DNA from: Podarcis melisellensis
Taxonomy: Eukaryota
DNA length: 64,000 nucleotides
Strand: one strand, 5' to 3'
Assembly: GCA_964234715.1 (NCBI GenBank)
Contig: OZ174277.1
Made by a program: the position numbers and the translations under genes. Shown here piece after piece: positions 63,651 to 64,000 of this stretch. Below the pieces are notes generated by a model. The model made no database searches. It had not been told where the DNA came from and worked only from the letters and a program-made list of their open reading frames with translations. Position 1 is the first letter of the stretch. Each line of letters starts with the position of its first letter.

Positions 63651-64000
63651 AAAAGGTTTCTTCATGGCCAAAATTTCCATTATTTTTGTACCACTGAACT
63701 GTGAACTATTTCTCTCAATATAGTTGACTCTGCGGTCTTGCGGCTCCACTGTAGCAAAGCAAACCCTCTCTCCCTTCAGTTCTCAGCCACACTTTTCACT
63801 GTTTTAAAAATGCACCTTTTATTTCCCTTACAAAGAAAGCTCTTGCCTTCAAATATGTGTGTATATATGTTAAATATAGAATGTGCGCGTATGTAGATCT
63901 CACCCAGGAAGAGAAAAGCAACGAAGCATTGTTTTCATTATCTAGAACTTAATAAATGCTTGTGCCAAGTTAGTTTTATAAATAGCTTGTTGCAACTGGA

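Noticed and set aside
1-64000. CRISPR arrays, operons or prokaryotic defence systems
   Set aside because: The sequence is vertebrate genomic DNA; no repeat-spacer array or gene-dense region is present.

Overview
Eukaryotic, repeat-rich DNA from a squamate reptile. A lacertid lizard is most likely, judged from Sauria SINEs, BovB LINEs with (CAA)n tails, L2 tails, CR1 and lizard-type L1. No host protein-coding exon could be identified, so the window looks like a large intron or gene desert. The only long ORFs are retrotransposon-derived. The main structure is a full-length but disabled L1 (27277-33242; 5'UTR, ORF1, EN-RT-CCHC ORF2, 17-bp TSD). It sits inside a non-autonomous Tc1/mariner element (27034-33881) that also carries a tiny BovB insertion. 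Other notable items: a BovB insertion made of an inverted 5' end joined to the 3' end (twin-priming geometry), a Ngaro/DIRS-like remnant encoding an SGNH-esterase C-terminus missed by the ORF track, a second 5'-truncated L1, solo LTRs, many hAT and Tigger-like MITEs, several possible enhancer-like blocks, a few isolated exon-like signals and a 128-nt assembly gap. Family names come from my recall of consensus sequences, not from searches. I found no evidence for a genuinely new biological system; the findings are mainly unusual transposition events.
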